This document shows positions 1 to 8,395 of a DNA stretch of 64,000 nucleotides, piece by piece. The DNA is taken from the NCBI GenBank assembly GCA_001780985.1, contig MFJV01000001.1:517099-581098 (forward strand). Reading direction: 5' to 3'. The DNA is from Candidatus Gottesmanbacteria bacterium RIFCSPLOWO2_01_FULL_43_11b. Lineage in GTDB: Bacteria; Patescibacteriota; Microgenomatia; UBA10105; UBA927. Position 1 is the first letter of the stretch. Each line of letters begins with the position of its first letter. The notes under the pieces were generated by a model that saw only the letters and a program-made list of their open reading frames with translations, made no database searches and was not told the DNA's origin. The position numbers were made by a program, and so were the translations under genes.

Positions 1-452
1 ACTATGGTGCCCTTGTGTTTGGTGAATTGCAGTAAGTAGCGCCTTTTTACGTATTCAAGAGGTACCGGGCCGCCACCAAAAGCATCATTTATTTTTTCGA
101 TATCCTTTGCTCCTAAATAATGAGTCTGAATTTTATGCGTGTTGAGTATGCGGTCTATTTTAGCCAAATCCTTTTCGGTGGCAGTGCCACTTGATAATTT
201 TTGGGCCATGTCATTTATCTTTTTATGTTCCCTTTTGAATCCGTCTATTAGGTCTTTTCTCATGTCACGAGGTATAAAACGATAATTGTTACAGTAATTT
301 ATTATTGCAGTATCATCTTTGATATTCACGCGGAGAAATTCTAAAAGACGCTTTTCTGGGTAAATCCGCGCCTTGCTTCCTCTTTGCGTAGGAAAAGCAC
401 CCCCTAGGCGTATAGCAATGGCAGGTTTTATTTTGTCTTGTTTTGTCGGCAT
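1..452 (-). CDS. hypothetical protein, partial (runs off left edge)
   Basis: Manual translation from ATG at 452 (MPTKQDKIKPAIAIRLGG...) has no stop before position 1; missing from the ORF track because it is truncated. Confidence 0.7.
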   Translation of the reverse strand, partial: MPTKQDKIKPAIAIRLGGAFPTQRGSKARIYPEKRLLEFLRVNIKDDTAIINYCNNYRFIPRDMRKDLIDGFKREHKKINDMAQKLSSGTATEKDLAKIDRILNTHKIQTHYLGAKDIEKINDAFGGGPVPLEYVKRRYLLQFTKHKGTI

Positions 453-498
453 TTTTGTATGAGACTTATTGTATAATAGAGCGAAAAGACAAGACAAT

Positions 499-1710
499 AT
501 GTCTACACGAGACCCAAGTGAGTTTTCTAAAAAAACAATTGAAACCCTCGCAAAGCGAGCAGCTCAGACCTGCTCTAACCCTGATTGCCGTCGTCCCACA
601 AGTGGACCGCATTCTGATAAAGATAAGTCTGTGATTGTGGGGAAAGCAGCACATATAAAAGGTCAGAAAAAAAATCGAAGTGCACGATATGATACCTCAA
701 TGACAGATGAGCAAAGAGGCGATATTTCAAACGGTATATGGCTTTGTGGTGTTTGTCACGACGTCATCGATAGAGATGAAGTAAAGTACACCCCCGAAGT
801 TTTAAGAGCGTGGAGAATAAAACAAGAAGAGGTGATTAGTAAAGCAATGATAAGCTCTTTAGGATTTAGACAAGATGCAGCAGCATCCCTTTCAGCTGTA
901 AAGGCGGATGTATTAGAAGATGAGAATATCAAAAAAGCTATGCAAGCTTGGGCATCAGGAGATATCGTCATAGCGTTTGAATGTTCTCAAAACGCTTACT
1001 ATCATCCAACTAGTCCAGATGTGAAGTTGCAATCAATAATAAATATGGTTTTACTTTCCCAAGACCAAATAAAACGAGTTGAGTATTATGCTTCGCTTTG
1101 TGATGAGGGAATTATTTTGGCGAGCAAAATCAATGATATTTCAACACGGGCTGTATTAAAAGTTCATAAAGCATATTTTTTGCAGCATAGGGCATTTAGT
1201 AATTCTTTGTTAGTTTATCAGGAAACTCAGATACGGAGTATGGTGGGGTACCCCACTATGAGTGATGTCCAATTAAAACAATTGATTGATGCTATACAGT
1301 TGGATACTAAGGAGATTAATGCGCTCACAAATGACGCACAGAAGGATGCCTACGAAAGTAAAAGTTATTCTGCATTGGCACACGTAAAAATGACAGCTGG
1401 CAATACGATTGGCCTTACATATTTCATTATCAAACAATTGGGTCTTGATACAGGACAAACAGAGCATATGACTATCCGCCTATTAAGCGAGGCAAAAGAT
1501 ATATATGAAAAATTGGGGGACAAAGAAGGTATTGGCAATGCCCTACACAACATTGCAAACAACTTACGCTTTTTTGGTGACATACCAAGAGCGAAAGCTC
1601 TAGCCAGTGAGGCGCTTCAAATAGCAAAAGAGACAGGATATAAAGAGCTTGAAGTAAAAGCAGCAGAACTTTTGAAGGACAGGTTAGAGGAAGATTGGAA
1701 GCCAGAATAA
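499..1710 (+). CDS. HNH-like zinc-binding nuclease domain fused to C-terminal TPR-like repeats
   Basis: CSNPDC...GKAAHI...NGIWLCGVCHDVID; C-terminal GNALHNIANNLRFFGDIPRAKALASEAL resembles a TPR; ATG 499 follows TATAAT at 472-477. Confidence 0.75.
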   Translation: MSTRDPSEFSKKTIETLAKRAAQTCSNPDCRRPTSGPHSDKDKSVIVGKAAHIKGQKKNRSARYDTSMTDEQRGDISNGIWLCGVCHDVIDRDEVKYTPEVLRAWRIKQEEVISKAMISSLGFRQDAAASLSAVKADVLEDENIKKAMQAWASGDIVIAFECSQNAYYHPTSPDVKLQSIINMVLLSQDQIKRVEYYASLCDEGIILASKINDISTRAVLKVHKAYFLQHRAFSNSLLVYQETQIRSMVGYPTMSDVQLKQLIDAIQLDTKEINALTNDAQKDAYESKSYSALAHVKMTAGNTIGLTYFIIKQLGLDTGQTEHMTIRLLSEAKDIYEKLGDKEGIGNALHNIANNLRFFGDIPRAKALASEALQIAKETGYKELEVKAAELLKDRLEEDWKPE

Positions 1711-1714
1711 AAGT

Positions 1715-2518
1715 ATGGAGAATACCACGACAGAACCGGTGAAAAAGTTTATGGTTGAGTACTTTCAGAGTATTGACCTTGGACATTGGGAAAATAAGAT
1801 TAGTAGCACTAGTAGTAAGATACTTACATTAAAAAATCCTAAAAAGAAGTTGTACTACATAACGGATTTTTACCTTTCTTACCTTCAACTGCTCGAGATA
1901 TTTATTATTAACGCTTTAATTTTTGCCACGAGAGAGCATGCGTTTTTGGAAAATCTATTTATTAGTAATAAAAAGACTAAAGAAAGAGTAGAAAAGTATT
2001 TTAATAAACAATTTTATACTTGGTTTTTAGATAACTATGTTTTTGGGTTTAAAGAAAAAGAAAAAATAAACAACTTTGAACAAAAATATAAAGACTACCT
2101 CAACGTATTAGAAGAGTGTGTAAATGACTACACAAAAGATTACGATTTCCTTAATGCTTATAAACACGGTTTTAGAGTAAATGCTACAGATAAGGGCGCG
2201 GTTGCTATTAACGGTTATCCATTGCTTAATACCAATACAGTATTTACCTATTTTTCAAAAGAGTTTGACGAAAAGGAAAAAGAAGACATTATTTATAGAA
2301 AAACTATCATGCTTAATTACGAAAGATTTATTATGAAAGCACATTTTCTATTATCCATGTTACAAAATACTCAAAAGGTATTTTTGGGACAAGAGCATAG
2401 ACCGGGTAAACAGTTTAAGTTAGACCACTTTTTTATTGTAGACGAGAAAAAATGGAACAAAAGCTACGGATTTTACAGGCACAAAGAACCTCTTTTCGCA
2501 AAACATAGAAAAATATGA
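1715..2518 (+). CDS. hypothetical protein, possible degenerate HEPN domain
   Basis: 267 aa, helical first half ending in FLNAYKHG (Nx3H, HEPN-like). Confidence 0.5.
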   Translation: MENTTTEPVKKFMVEYFQSIDLGHWENKISSTSSKILTLKNPKKKLYYITDFYLSYLQLLEIFIINALIFATREHAFLENLFISNKKTKERVEKYFNKQFYTWFLDNYVFGFKEKEKINNFEQKYKDYLNVLEECVNDYTKDYDFLNAYKHGFRVNATDKGAVAINGYPLLNTNTVFTYFSKEFDEKEKEDIIYRKTIMLNYERFIMKAHFLLSMLQNTQKVFLGQEHRPGKQFKLDHFFIVDEKKWNKSYGFYRHKEPLFAKHRKI

Positions 2519-3366
2519 TAGGAACACAAACAATCACTGCAACACACCTGCCAAAGGTAGGAGATAGAGAAGATTTTTCAATGCGTGCAGTTGGACCCGG
2601 GGAAACAGATTATAATTTCCCATTGTCTATGACCGGCACGATATTAGCCATTTGGCAAGAAGACCCTAAACATGCGGCAGAGTATCTAACACGTAATATA
2701 TTAGGCGTTATTGGTACCGCCTCTGCACCGCCTGAGGAAGGTTTTTGGTTTGATAGTTATAATTCAGGAGATACATTAAAAGAAACAGCGGATAAGGTAC
2801 GTAACTACGGCATTAAATCATTTACAAAGGGCAAAATCAGAAACGCCTTTATACGTTTACTTGGTGAAGAACTTTTTGATGAAAAAGAAAAACTCGATAA
2901 GTTCTTTGTAAGTAAATATGGATATGAGTTTTTTCGCTCATTTGAGGATGCTTTTGAGGATAGTCAAGCAATAGAGGATTTGAGCACACCGGCTAAAGAC
3001 AATGCACACTTTTTATATCGCATTTGTATATTATCGGGTTTTATTGACCATATCAATGTTAGGGTCGCTCAGGAGAGTACAAGCGTTTTGAGTCTACAGG
3101 CATTAAAGAATTGGCTAAAAATCAATCTCGATGAGCGACGAGCAAATGATTTAACCAAAACGTTTCAAATGATAAAAAACCTTCGTAAGCAATATCCGAT
3201 ACATGAACACTTTACCATTACAGCAGAAGGACGTCGGGTTGTTCGAGATGAAATAAGAGAGGCAAAAAAGTACTTTAATATAACACCCGACTTAGAAAGA
3301 AGCTGGTTAAATGTTTTTACAGATTTCAAAAATAGTCTTGCTGAAATTAGGAAGACCCTTCAATAG
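2515..3366 (+). CDS. hypothetical protein with probable C-terminal HEPN-like domain
   Basis: 283 aa, ATGA overlap with the previous gene; helical C-terminal half with IKNLRKQYPIH (Rx5H). Confidence 0.55.
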   Translation: MIGTQTITATHLPKVGDREDFSMRAVGPGETDYNFPLSMTGTILAIWQEDPKHAAEYLTRNILGVIGTASAPPEEGFWFDSYNSGDTLKETADKVRNYGIKSFTKGKIRNAFIRLLGEELFDEKEKLDKFFVSKYGYEFFRSFEDAFEDSQAIEDLSTPAKDNAHFLYRICILSGFIDHINVRVAQESTSVLSLQALKNWLKINLDERRANDLTKTFQMIKNLRKQYPIHEHFTITAEGRRVVRDEIREAKKYFNITPDLERSWLNVFTDFKNSLAEIRKTLQ

Positions 3367-3381
3367 ATTATTTATTTCTAT

Positions 3382-3879
3382 TTATTCGCTCCAAAAACTC
3401 ATGCTGTGGATTTCACCCGTATCCTCTTTGATAAGTAAGAAGTAATAATTTTTATCTATTCCCTCAAACACTAGTAAGTTTACTCCGTTGCGAGATACAG
3501 GCTGAGGCAGTAAGTTTTTCCCCGTGTGTTTTCCGTAAGCTTGATTTATTAACTCTATCATCGCGCCGATAACAATAGCATCGTTACGCGGTAGGAACGG
3601 CTGAAACGTGGCTACATATTTCGACGTGCCCTGTTGATACAAGATTGTGTAGTTATAGTCCATGTATACTCCCTGGATTTGTTGGACTTCGCCTGTTGGA
3701 GTCGGCGTTTCTGTTTTCTCTATAGAGGGGGGAGAGACTTCTTTTTGGGCTGTTTTTGTAGAAGCAGTATTGCTACTTACAAGTGCTAAGCCTATTACGC
3801 CGGATAGAAGTGTGACGATAAACAGAGCGAACGCGAGTTTTCCAAACGGCCCCTTATACCACGGGTTAGATTCTTCCAT
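3382..3879 (-). CDS. single-pass membrane hypothetical protein
   Basis: ATG 3879, N-terminal TM helix, P/T-rich linker, small globular domain. Confidence 0.65.
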   Translation of the reverse strand: MEESNPWYKGPFGKLAFALFIVTLLSGVIGLALVSSNTASTKTAQKEVSPPSIEKTETPTPTGEVQQIQGVYMDYNYTILYQQGTSKYVATFQPFLPRNDAIVIGAMIELINQAYGKHTGKNLLPQPVSRNGVNLLVFEGIDKNYYFLLIKEDTGEIHSMSFWSE

Positions 3880-3995
3880 AAGTTTTGTTGGTGAAATGGT
3901 AACACTTAGTTGGTACAAAGACAAGCAACATATGAAGCTAAAAGGTAACATACAGTAGGTGTTATGAAATAAGACATACCCATACGCTAAAGCAT

Positions 3996-4208
3996 ATGGG
4001 TACAGAGCGAGAGAAAAAACTGGGTAGGCGTATCAAACGATTGAGGAAACAAGCGAAATTGACTCAAGAGGAAATGGCTGAGAAGCTACGTCTAAGCTCC
4101 AAATACATTCAGTTTATAGAAGCCGGAACAAGGATGCCGTCACTAAAAACGATATACAAAGTCGCCCGGGCGCTTGGCGTGAAAGTACAGAAACTATTTC
4201 CCTTTTAG
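3996..4208 (+). CDS. XRE-family HTH transcriptional regulator
   Basis: LGRRIKRLRK...LTQEEMAE...YIQFIEAG...PSLKT. Confidence 0.92.
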   Translation: MGTEREKKLGRRIKRLRKQAKLTQEEMAEKLRLSSKYIQFIEAGTRMPSLKTIYKVARALGVKVQKLFPF

Positions 4209-4708
4209 GCTGACTGGTTAGGATTAGCTTGTTGATTATCAAGTTCTCGTTTTACCTGCTCTGCTAGATGACTGTAGTCTGTTTTGTCATTTTCTCGCTC
4301 TAAATCATCAAGAAGCTGGCTGATGTCATCCGGTTCCACTTGAGCCACCTCTTGCCGGCTAACAAAAAACGGTTGGCAGCTCCGGTGCTTTTCTGCGAAG
4401 AAGCGAAGGTTACGCCACTCTTCGTCGGTTACTGGCTGTCCAATCTTGACCTTTTCGTCAATGCTAAGGATTAGCCGGTAAAAAATGCTGTTTACTACTT
4501 CGCCCGGATAGCGTTGAAAAGCGTCTATTTTTTCCGAAAACCAGTCTTTTAGCCTGTACTTTTCGTAAATTGCTGACTTGTGCTTGATAAGCAAGGCTTT
4601 CTCTATAGCAAAATAGAGGCTGTTACCGATTTTTAGAAAAGGCGCCATTTCGGTAAGCCATATTTGATATTGTTCGTCAGGATATTCTGGTCTTCCTATA
4701 TCAGTCAT
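4205..4708 (-). CDS. hypothetical protein resembling a phage terminase small subunit
   Basis: N-terminal GRP followed by an HTH-like segment (SAIYEK...WFSEKI), helical middle, charged tail, 167 aa. Confidence 0.45.
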   Translation of the reverse strand: MTDIGRPEYPDEQYQIWLTEMAPFLKIGNSLYFAIEKALLIKHKSAIYEKYRLKDWFSEKIDAFQRYPGEVVNSIFYRLILSIDEKVKIGQPVTDEEWRNLRFFAEKHRSCQPFFVSRQEVAQVEPDDISQLLDDLERENDKTDYSHLAEQVKRELDNQQANPNQSA

Positions 4709-4867
4709 AAAGTTGCTATCCGTTTCATAATTCCGTATGTGATACAGTAATAGGTGAAAGGCGTAAAGCGTGGCGTGGGGTAAGTATTTTGACTGAACGG
4801 GTAAGCACGCCGTACCAGCGGAAGATGTAATCTGTAAGCTGGTTCCAGATATTATCCGTGATGTCCA

Positions 4868-5173
4868 CTATTTATTCTTTTTGACTTCAGTAAGGAGTTC
4901 TTTTTTTACTCGTTTTGCCCGCATTGCGATAACCTTTTCTATATCCTCCCGCGCTTCTTTTTTGAGAAATTCGAGAAGATTGATATCTGTCGGATTATTT
5001 TGGAAATGCGTTAAGAATGTGCCGTGATAATGCTTTGGCAAGTGGCTAAGAATCTCGTCGAGGATATGCGTATGAAGTGTGTCGTCGATAATTTTGAGAA
5101 TGTCTTTTTTATTCCCGACAACCGCAACTATTTCTTCAAAAAATATGAGATTATCGTAAAATCTTTTTGTCAT
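4868..5173 (-). CDS. hypothetical protein
   Basis: 101 aa ORF overlapping the stop of 5170..5934. Confidence 0.7.
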   Translation of the reverse strand: MTKRFYDNLIFFEEIVAVVGNKKDILKIIDDTLHTHILDEILSHLPKHYHGTFLTHFQNNPTDINLLEFLKKEAREDIEKVIAMRAKRVKKELLTEVKKNK

Positions 5174-5934
5174 GTTGGTCCTAACGGGACACTATTTTCG
5201 GGATCATCTACAAAGAATAACAAAACTGCACCTTTTTGCATACCCACATTTAATCCTAAATGTGCCATGAGCTCGGGTGATCCACCGAAATGTTTTCCTG
5301 TCCAGCTTGCTGGTCCCGCGTCACCAATAATTGCAACGATGGACTTTCCGTTTTTCGGATTGACGACGAGAACTTTTCTCCATTTATACCAATCCTTAAG
5401 TTCCGGCTGGCGAGTATTCCAATCAGGTAAGTAGAGTGTTTGCACTGCCACGTAGTATTTTTCTTTTTGAATGAGGTCAGGAGAGAGTTCTATCTTTGAA
5501 TTTGCAAAATACCCCCACGCGCCACGCCCAGGAGTAATACCAGATTTTTGAAATTCGTCGTGTTGGTCGATTGTATCTCCTGGAAATCGGGGAAGATGCT
5601 GCTCAGCTCCCATAAACCCGTAATTTTGATTGAGGCGGTTTCCGTCAAGTTCTGCAACGACATGTATACCAAACATGTTTTTGAGCACCTCAAGGATTTT
5701 TTCCTCAATCTCCGGTATGAGCGGGCCGACAGAGATCGGGAGGAGCGAGGTAAGCGTTGAGGAAGAAAGCGTAACCCGAGACGGAGTTGATAGGAGGGCC
5801 GGGCTCGAAAGGAGGAGGGTTCCGGTTAATGCACCAGTGGTAATCATCCTTGCTGCGTGTGGGTGGTGGGATGCGAGGAGTTTTGCTGCCTGGAGTTGTT
5901 TCTTTTTGAGCCTCGAAAGGAGAGTGGTATCCAT
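5170..5934 (-). CDS. exported hypothetical protein with RlpA-like double-psi beta-barrel-type C-terminus
   Basis: Hydrophobic N-terminal segment; VLVVNPKNGKSIVAIIGDAGPA resembles the DPBB signature VxVxDRGP. Confidence 0.6.
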   Translation of the reverse strand: MDTTLLSRLKKKQLQAAKLLASHHPHAARMITTGALTGTLLLSSPALLSTPSRVTLSSSTLTSLLPISVGPLIPEIEEKILEVLKNMFGIHVVAELDGNRLNQNYGFMGAEQHLPRFPGDTIDQHDEFQKSGITPGRGAWGYFANSKIELSPDLIQKEKYYVAVQTLYLPDWNTRQPELKDWYKWRKVLVVNPKNGKSIVAIIGDAGPASWTGKHFGGSPELMAHLGLNVGMQKGAVLLFFVDDPENSVPLGPT

Positions 5935-5957
5935 TGGATCTATAATACACTAAATAT

Positions 5958-6551
5958 ATGGAATTTCTTGACATTCTTTTTCCAAAGAGATGTTTGAGGT
6001 GTGGAAGAATTGGGAAGTATTTTTGTCCTTCATGTCGCACAACAATAGCTTCCATTAATACACCAATGTATCCGATAGGTTTGAATGGTTTGACGTGTTT
6101 TTTTCGTTACCAAGGTATTATTCAGAAAGCAATTAAAGCACTCAAGTATCGCTCCATCTCCGACCTTGCATCAGAGTTTGTGTCATTAATACCGCAAGTG
6201 GAGATTCCAAATGTTGATGTTTTTATACCGGTTCCGCTTCATGCCTCTCGGTATCGACAGCGGGGATTTAATCAGGCAGAAGTTTTGGGAAGGCTCATTG
6301 CAGAGAAATTGCATATCCCTATTCGTACCGATATACTCAGACGCATCAAACGAACAACGCCACAGGTGGAAATGAAGAAACGAAAAGAACGATTAAAAAA
6401 TATGGAAAAAGTATTTGCTGCAACATATTCGCCGGAGCGCGTTTTACTATTTGATGATGTGTTTACAACAGGGGCAACGATACGATCAGCAGCAAATGTT
6501 TTAAAACGTGCTGGTGCCAAATTTATTTGGGGAATGACTATGGCACGATAG
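5958..6551 (+). CDS. comF: ComF family protein (zinc ribbon + phosphoribosyltransferase)
   Basis: CxxC..CxxC, VPLH, RGFNQA, LFDDVFTTGAT. Confidence 0.93.
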   Translation: MEFLDILFPKRCLRCGRIGKYFCPSCRTTIASINTPMYPIGLNGLTCFFRYQGIIQKAIKALKYRSISDLASEFVSLIPQVEIPNVDVFIPVPLHASRYRQRGFNQAEVLGRLIAEKLHIPIRTDILRRIKRTTPQVEMKKRKERLKNMEKVFAATYSPERVLLFDDVFTTGATIRSAANVLKRAGAKFIWGMTMAR

Positions 6552-6552
6552 T

Positions 6553-7179
6553 ATGAATATTGCAATTGTTGCAGGCGGTAAGTTGCAGAAACGATTTTTT
6601 AAAAAAATTCGCAGCGCGGATAAAATTATTGGTGTTGATCGAGGCGCCCTGTGGTTAGTTGCAAACAAAATACTTCCCGATGTTGCCTTTGGAGATTTTG
6701 ATTCTGTTACAAAGAAAGATCTGAAAATAATTAAACAGAAAGTAAAGAAGGTTATAAAATATCCACAAAAGAAAGACGCAACGGATTTAGAACTTGCCGT
6801 TGACTATGCCATCAGTCTTAAGCCAAAAAAAGTCGTGATTTTCGGCGGTATCGGGACACGTCTTGATCATACGATAGCCGCTGTGCATCTTCTTGAAAAA
6901 TTCTTGAAAAAAGGAATTGCCGGTAACGTTATTGATGGGAAAAACAAAATGACACTGGTAAAAGATTCGCACGCTGTAAGCAGAAGTCCACATCATTATG
7001 TCTCGATTTTGCCATTCACCCCGTCTATCGTTATTTCTCTTTCCGGATTTGCATACCCCCTTACCCGAAAGCGGCTCATTCGCGGCACATCGCGGGGTAT
7101 AAGTAATGTTGTTATTGAGAAATCGGCAATAATCGAAGTGCACGAAGGTATTGCTCTGGTTATTAAAAGTCGAGATTAA
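6553..7179 (+). CDS. thiN: thiamine diphosphokinase
   Basis: GVDRGA, GDFDS, KDATDLELA, GGIGTRLDH, GISN. Confidence 0.93.
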   Translation: MNIAIVAGGKLQKRFFKKIRSADKIIGVDRGALWLVANKILPDVAFGDFDSVTKKDLKIIKQKVKKVIKYPQKKDATDLELAVDYAISLKPKKVVIFGGIGTRLDHTIAAVHLLEKFLKKGIAGNVIDGKNKMTLVKDSHAVSRSPHHYVSILPFTPSIVISLSGFAYPLTRKRLIRGTSRGISNVVIEKSAIIEVHEGIALVIKSRD

Positions 7180-7221
7180 GCGGAGCACTATTTACAGTGT
7201 TATAACCTATTTGAAAACTAC

Positions 7222-7425
7222 TCAAATACCTGCACATGATTGCTTCACGACAATTCTTACTCTCAACAATGGCGACCATAACCCCTGAAACATGCAATCT
7301 ATCATTTTTGGACCCGGCTTTTCATCACTTAACGACCAGTTTGTTTTTGTTGTTAAAATTAGTAGCGCCACAACAACAATAACGACCGTGGTCAAGATTA
7401 TTTGAATCAAATTATGTTTATTCAT
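7222..7425 (-). CDS. small membrane hypothetical protein or gene remnant
   Basis: ATG just after tRNA-Ser, one hydrophobic helix, 67 aa. Confidence 0.35.
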   Translation of the reverse strand: MNKHNLIQIILTTVVIVVVALLILTTKTNWSLSDEKPGPKMIDCMFQGLWSPLLRVRIVVKQSCAGI

Positions 7426-7431
7426 GATTTG

Positions 7432-7514
7432 CGGAGGGTAGAGGACTCGAACCTCTAAGAGCTTACGCTCACAGGTTTTCAAGACCTGCGCAATAGCCGT
7501 TCTGCCAACCCTCC
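7432..7514 (-). tRNA. tRNA-Ser(TGA)
   Basis: Cloverleaf; anticodon arm CAGGT-CT TGA AA-ACCTG; long variable arm; GTTCGAG T-loop. Confidence 0.95.
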
Positions 7515-7522
7515 AAAAAAAG

Positions 7523-7607
7523 CGGAGAGTGTGGGAGTCGAACCCACTCACCGTTATTCACGGTGCAGGTTTAGCAAACCTGTGCCTTACCGTCCGGCCC
7601 ACTCTCC
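7523..7607 (-). tRNA. tRNA-Ser(GCT)
   Basis: Cloverleaf; CAGGT-TT GCT AA-ACCTG; long variable arm. Confidence 0.95.
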
Positions 7608-7659
7608 TATAACGTCATTATACCAAAAATAGGCTTTTTCTCTGTGATATACTAGCTCT

Positions 7660-8181
7660 ATGGATACCTCTACCGAAAAAAAGAACGAAGAAAAAAGAGA
7701 AGAGGTGTATCTTGAGTGGAGTTCTCCCTCGCGACTTTTTAAAAAGCGGGATCGTGAGTATTTCACAAATATCGCGGCCATTGTCTTTCTTTTATCGATT
7801 ATTTTAGTGTTTGCTCGGGAATTTGTTCTGATTGCTGCAGTACTTTCGATTGTATTTTTGATTTATGTCCTCTCGACTATTCCCCCGGAGGAGGTCAAAC
7901 ACAGAATTACCAATCTCGGCATTGAAAGCGCCGGCGCATTTTACCGGTGGGAGCAACTCTTTGAATTTTGGTACGAGGAACAGTGGGGTCAAACGCTTTT
8001 GGTGCTCCGCCCGTTCATCGGTCCTCGCGTGATTATACTTTTGGGCGGTAAAGATCGAAATAGTGTGCGTGAATATATTGCCAAACACATACCGTTTCGC
8101 GAGACTCCGCAAAAAACGTGGGTCGATAACGCCGCACGTTGGCTTACGAACAAAATCCCCCTCGAAAAGCCTACGAGCTAA
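7660..8181 (+). CDS. two-TM membrane protein (DUF5673-like)
   Basis: LEWSSPSRLFKKR, two TM helices, ITNLGI...YRWEQL..FW. Confidence 0.75.
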   Translation: MDTSTEKKNEEKREEVYLEWSSPSRLFKKRDREYFTNIAAIVFLLSIILVFAREFVLIAAVLSIVFLIYVLSTIPPEEVKHRITNLGIESAGAFYRWEQLFEFWYEEQWGQTLLVLRPFIGPRVIILLGGKDRNSVREYIAKHIPFRETPQKTWVDNAARWLTNKIPLEKPTS

Positions 8182-8219
8182 TTTCGTTTCCCCGCGGTTC
8201 CAGGGTATAATAGAGCCAC

Positions 8220-8291
8220 GCTCCCGTAGTTTAACGGATAGAATAGGGGTTTGCGGAACCTCTGATCGCAGTTCGATTCTGCGCGGGAGCG
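8220..8291 (+). tRNA. tRNA-Arg(GCG)
   Basis: GCTCCCG/CGGGAGC acceptor; GGGGT-TT GCG GA-ACCTC; TATAAT at 8206-8211. Confidence 0.93.
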
Positions 8292-8297
8292 CCCGGT

Positions 8298-8385
8298 GGA
8301 GGGGTGCAGGGAATGGCTATCCGGACAGTCTCGAAAACTGTTGTCTCCGAAAGGGGACTTGTGGGTTCGAGTCCCACCCCCTCCG
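8298..8385 (+). tRNA. tRNA-Ser(CGA)
   Basis: ACAGT-CT CGA AA-ACTGT; long variable arm. Confidence 0.95.
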
Positions 8386-8395
8386 CTCATTTTTT

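Larger units (their letters stand above)
1..4870. mobile_element. right end of a putative integrated element (prophage remnant or satellite-like island)
   Basis: AT-rich nuclease cargo, XRE HTH, TerS-like gene, att-like GTCCACTA at 4863-4870; CPR-type housekeeping genes resume beyond 4868; no integrase in the window. Confidence 0.55.

Noticed and set aside
6553-7179. TPP riboswitch near thiN
   Set aside because: Only 1 bp separates comF and thiN, and no TPP aptamer motif was seen
8063-8395. Long N-terminal extension of SurE in the ORF track (likewise 7426-7551 and 21224-21310)
   Set aside because: These extensions run through tRNA genes and are chance open frames
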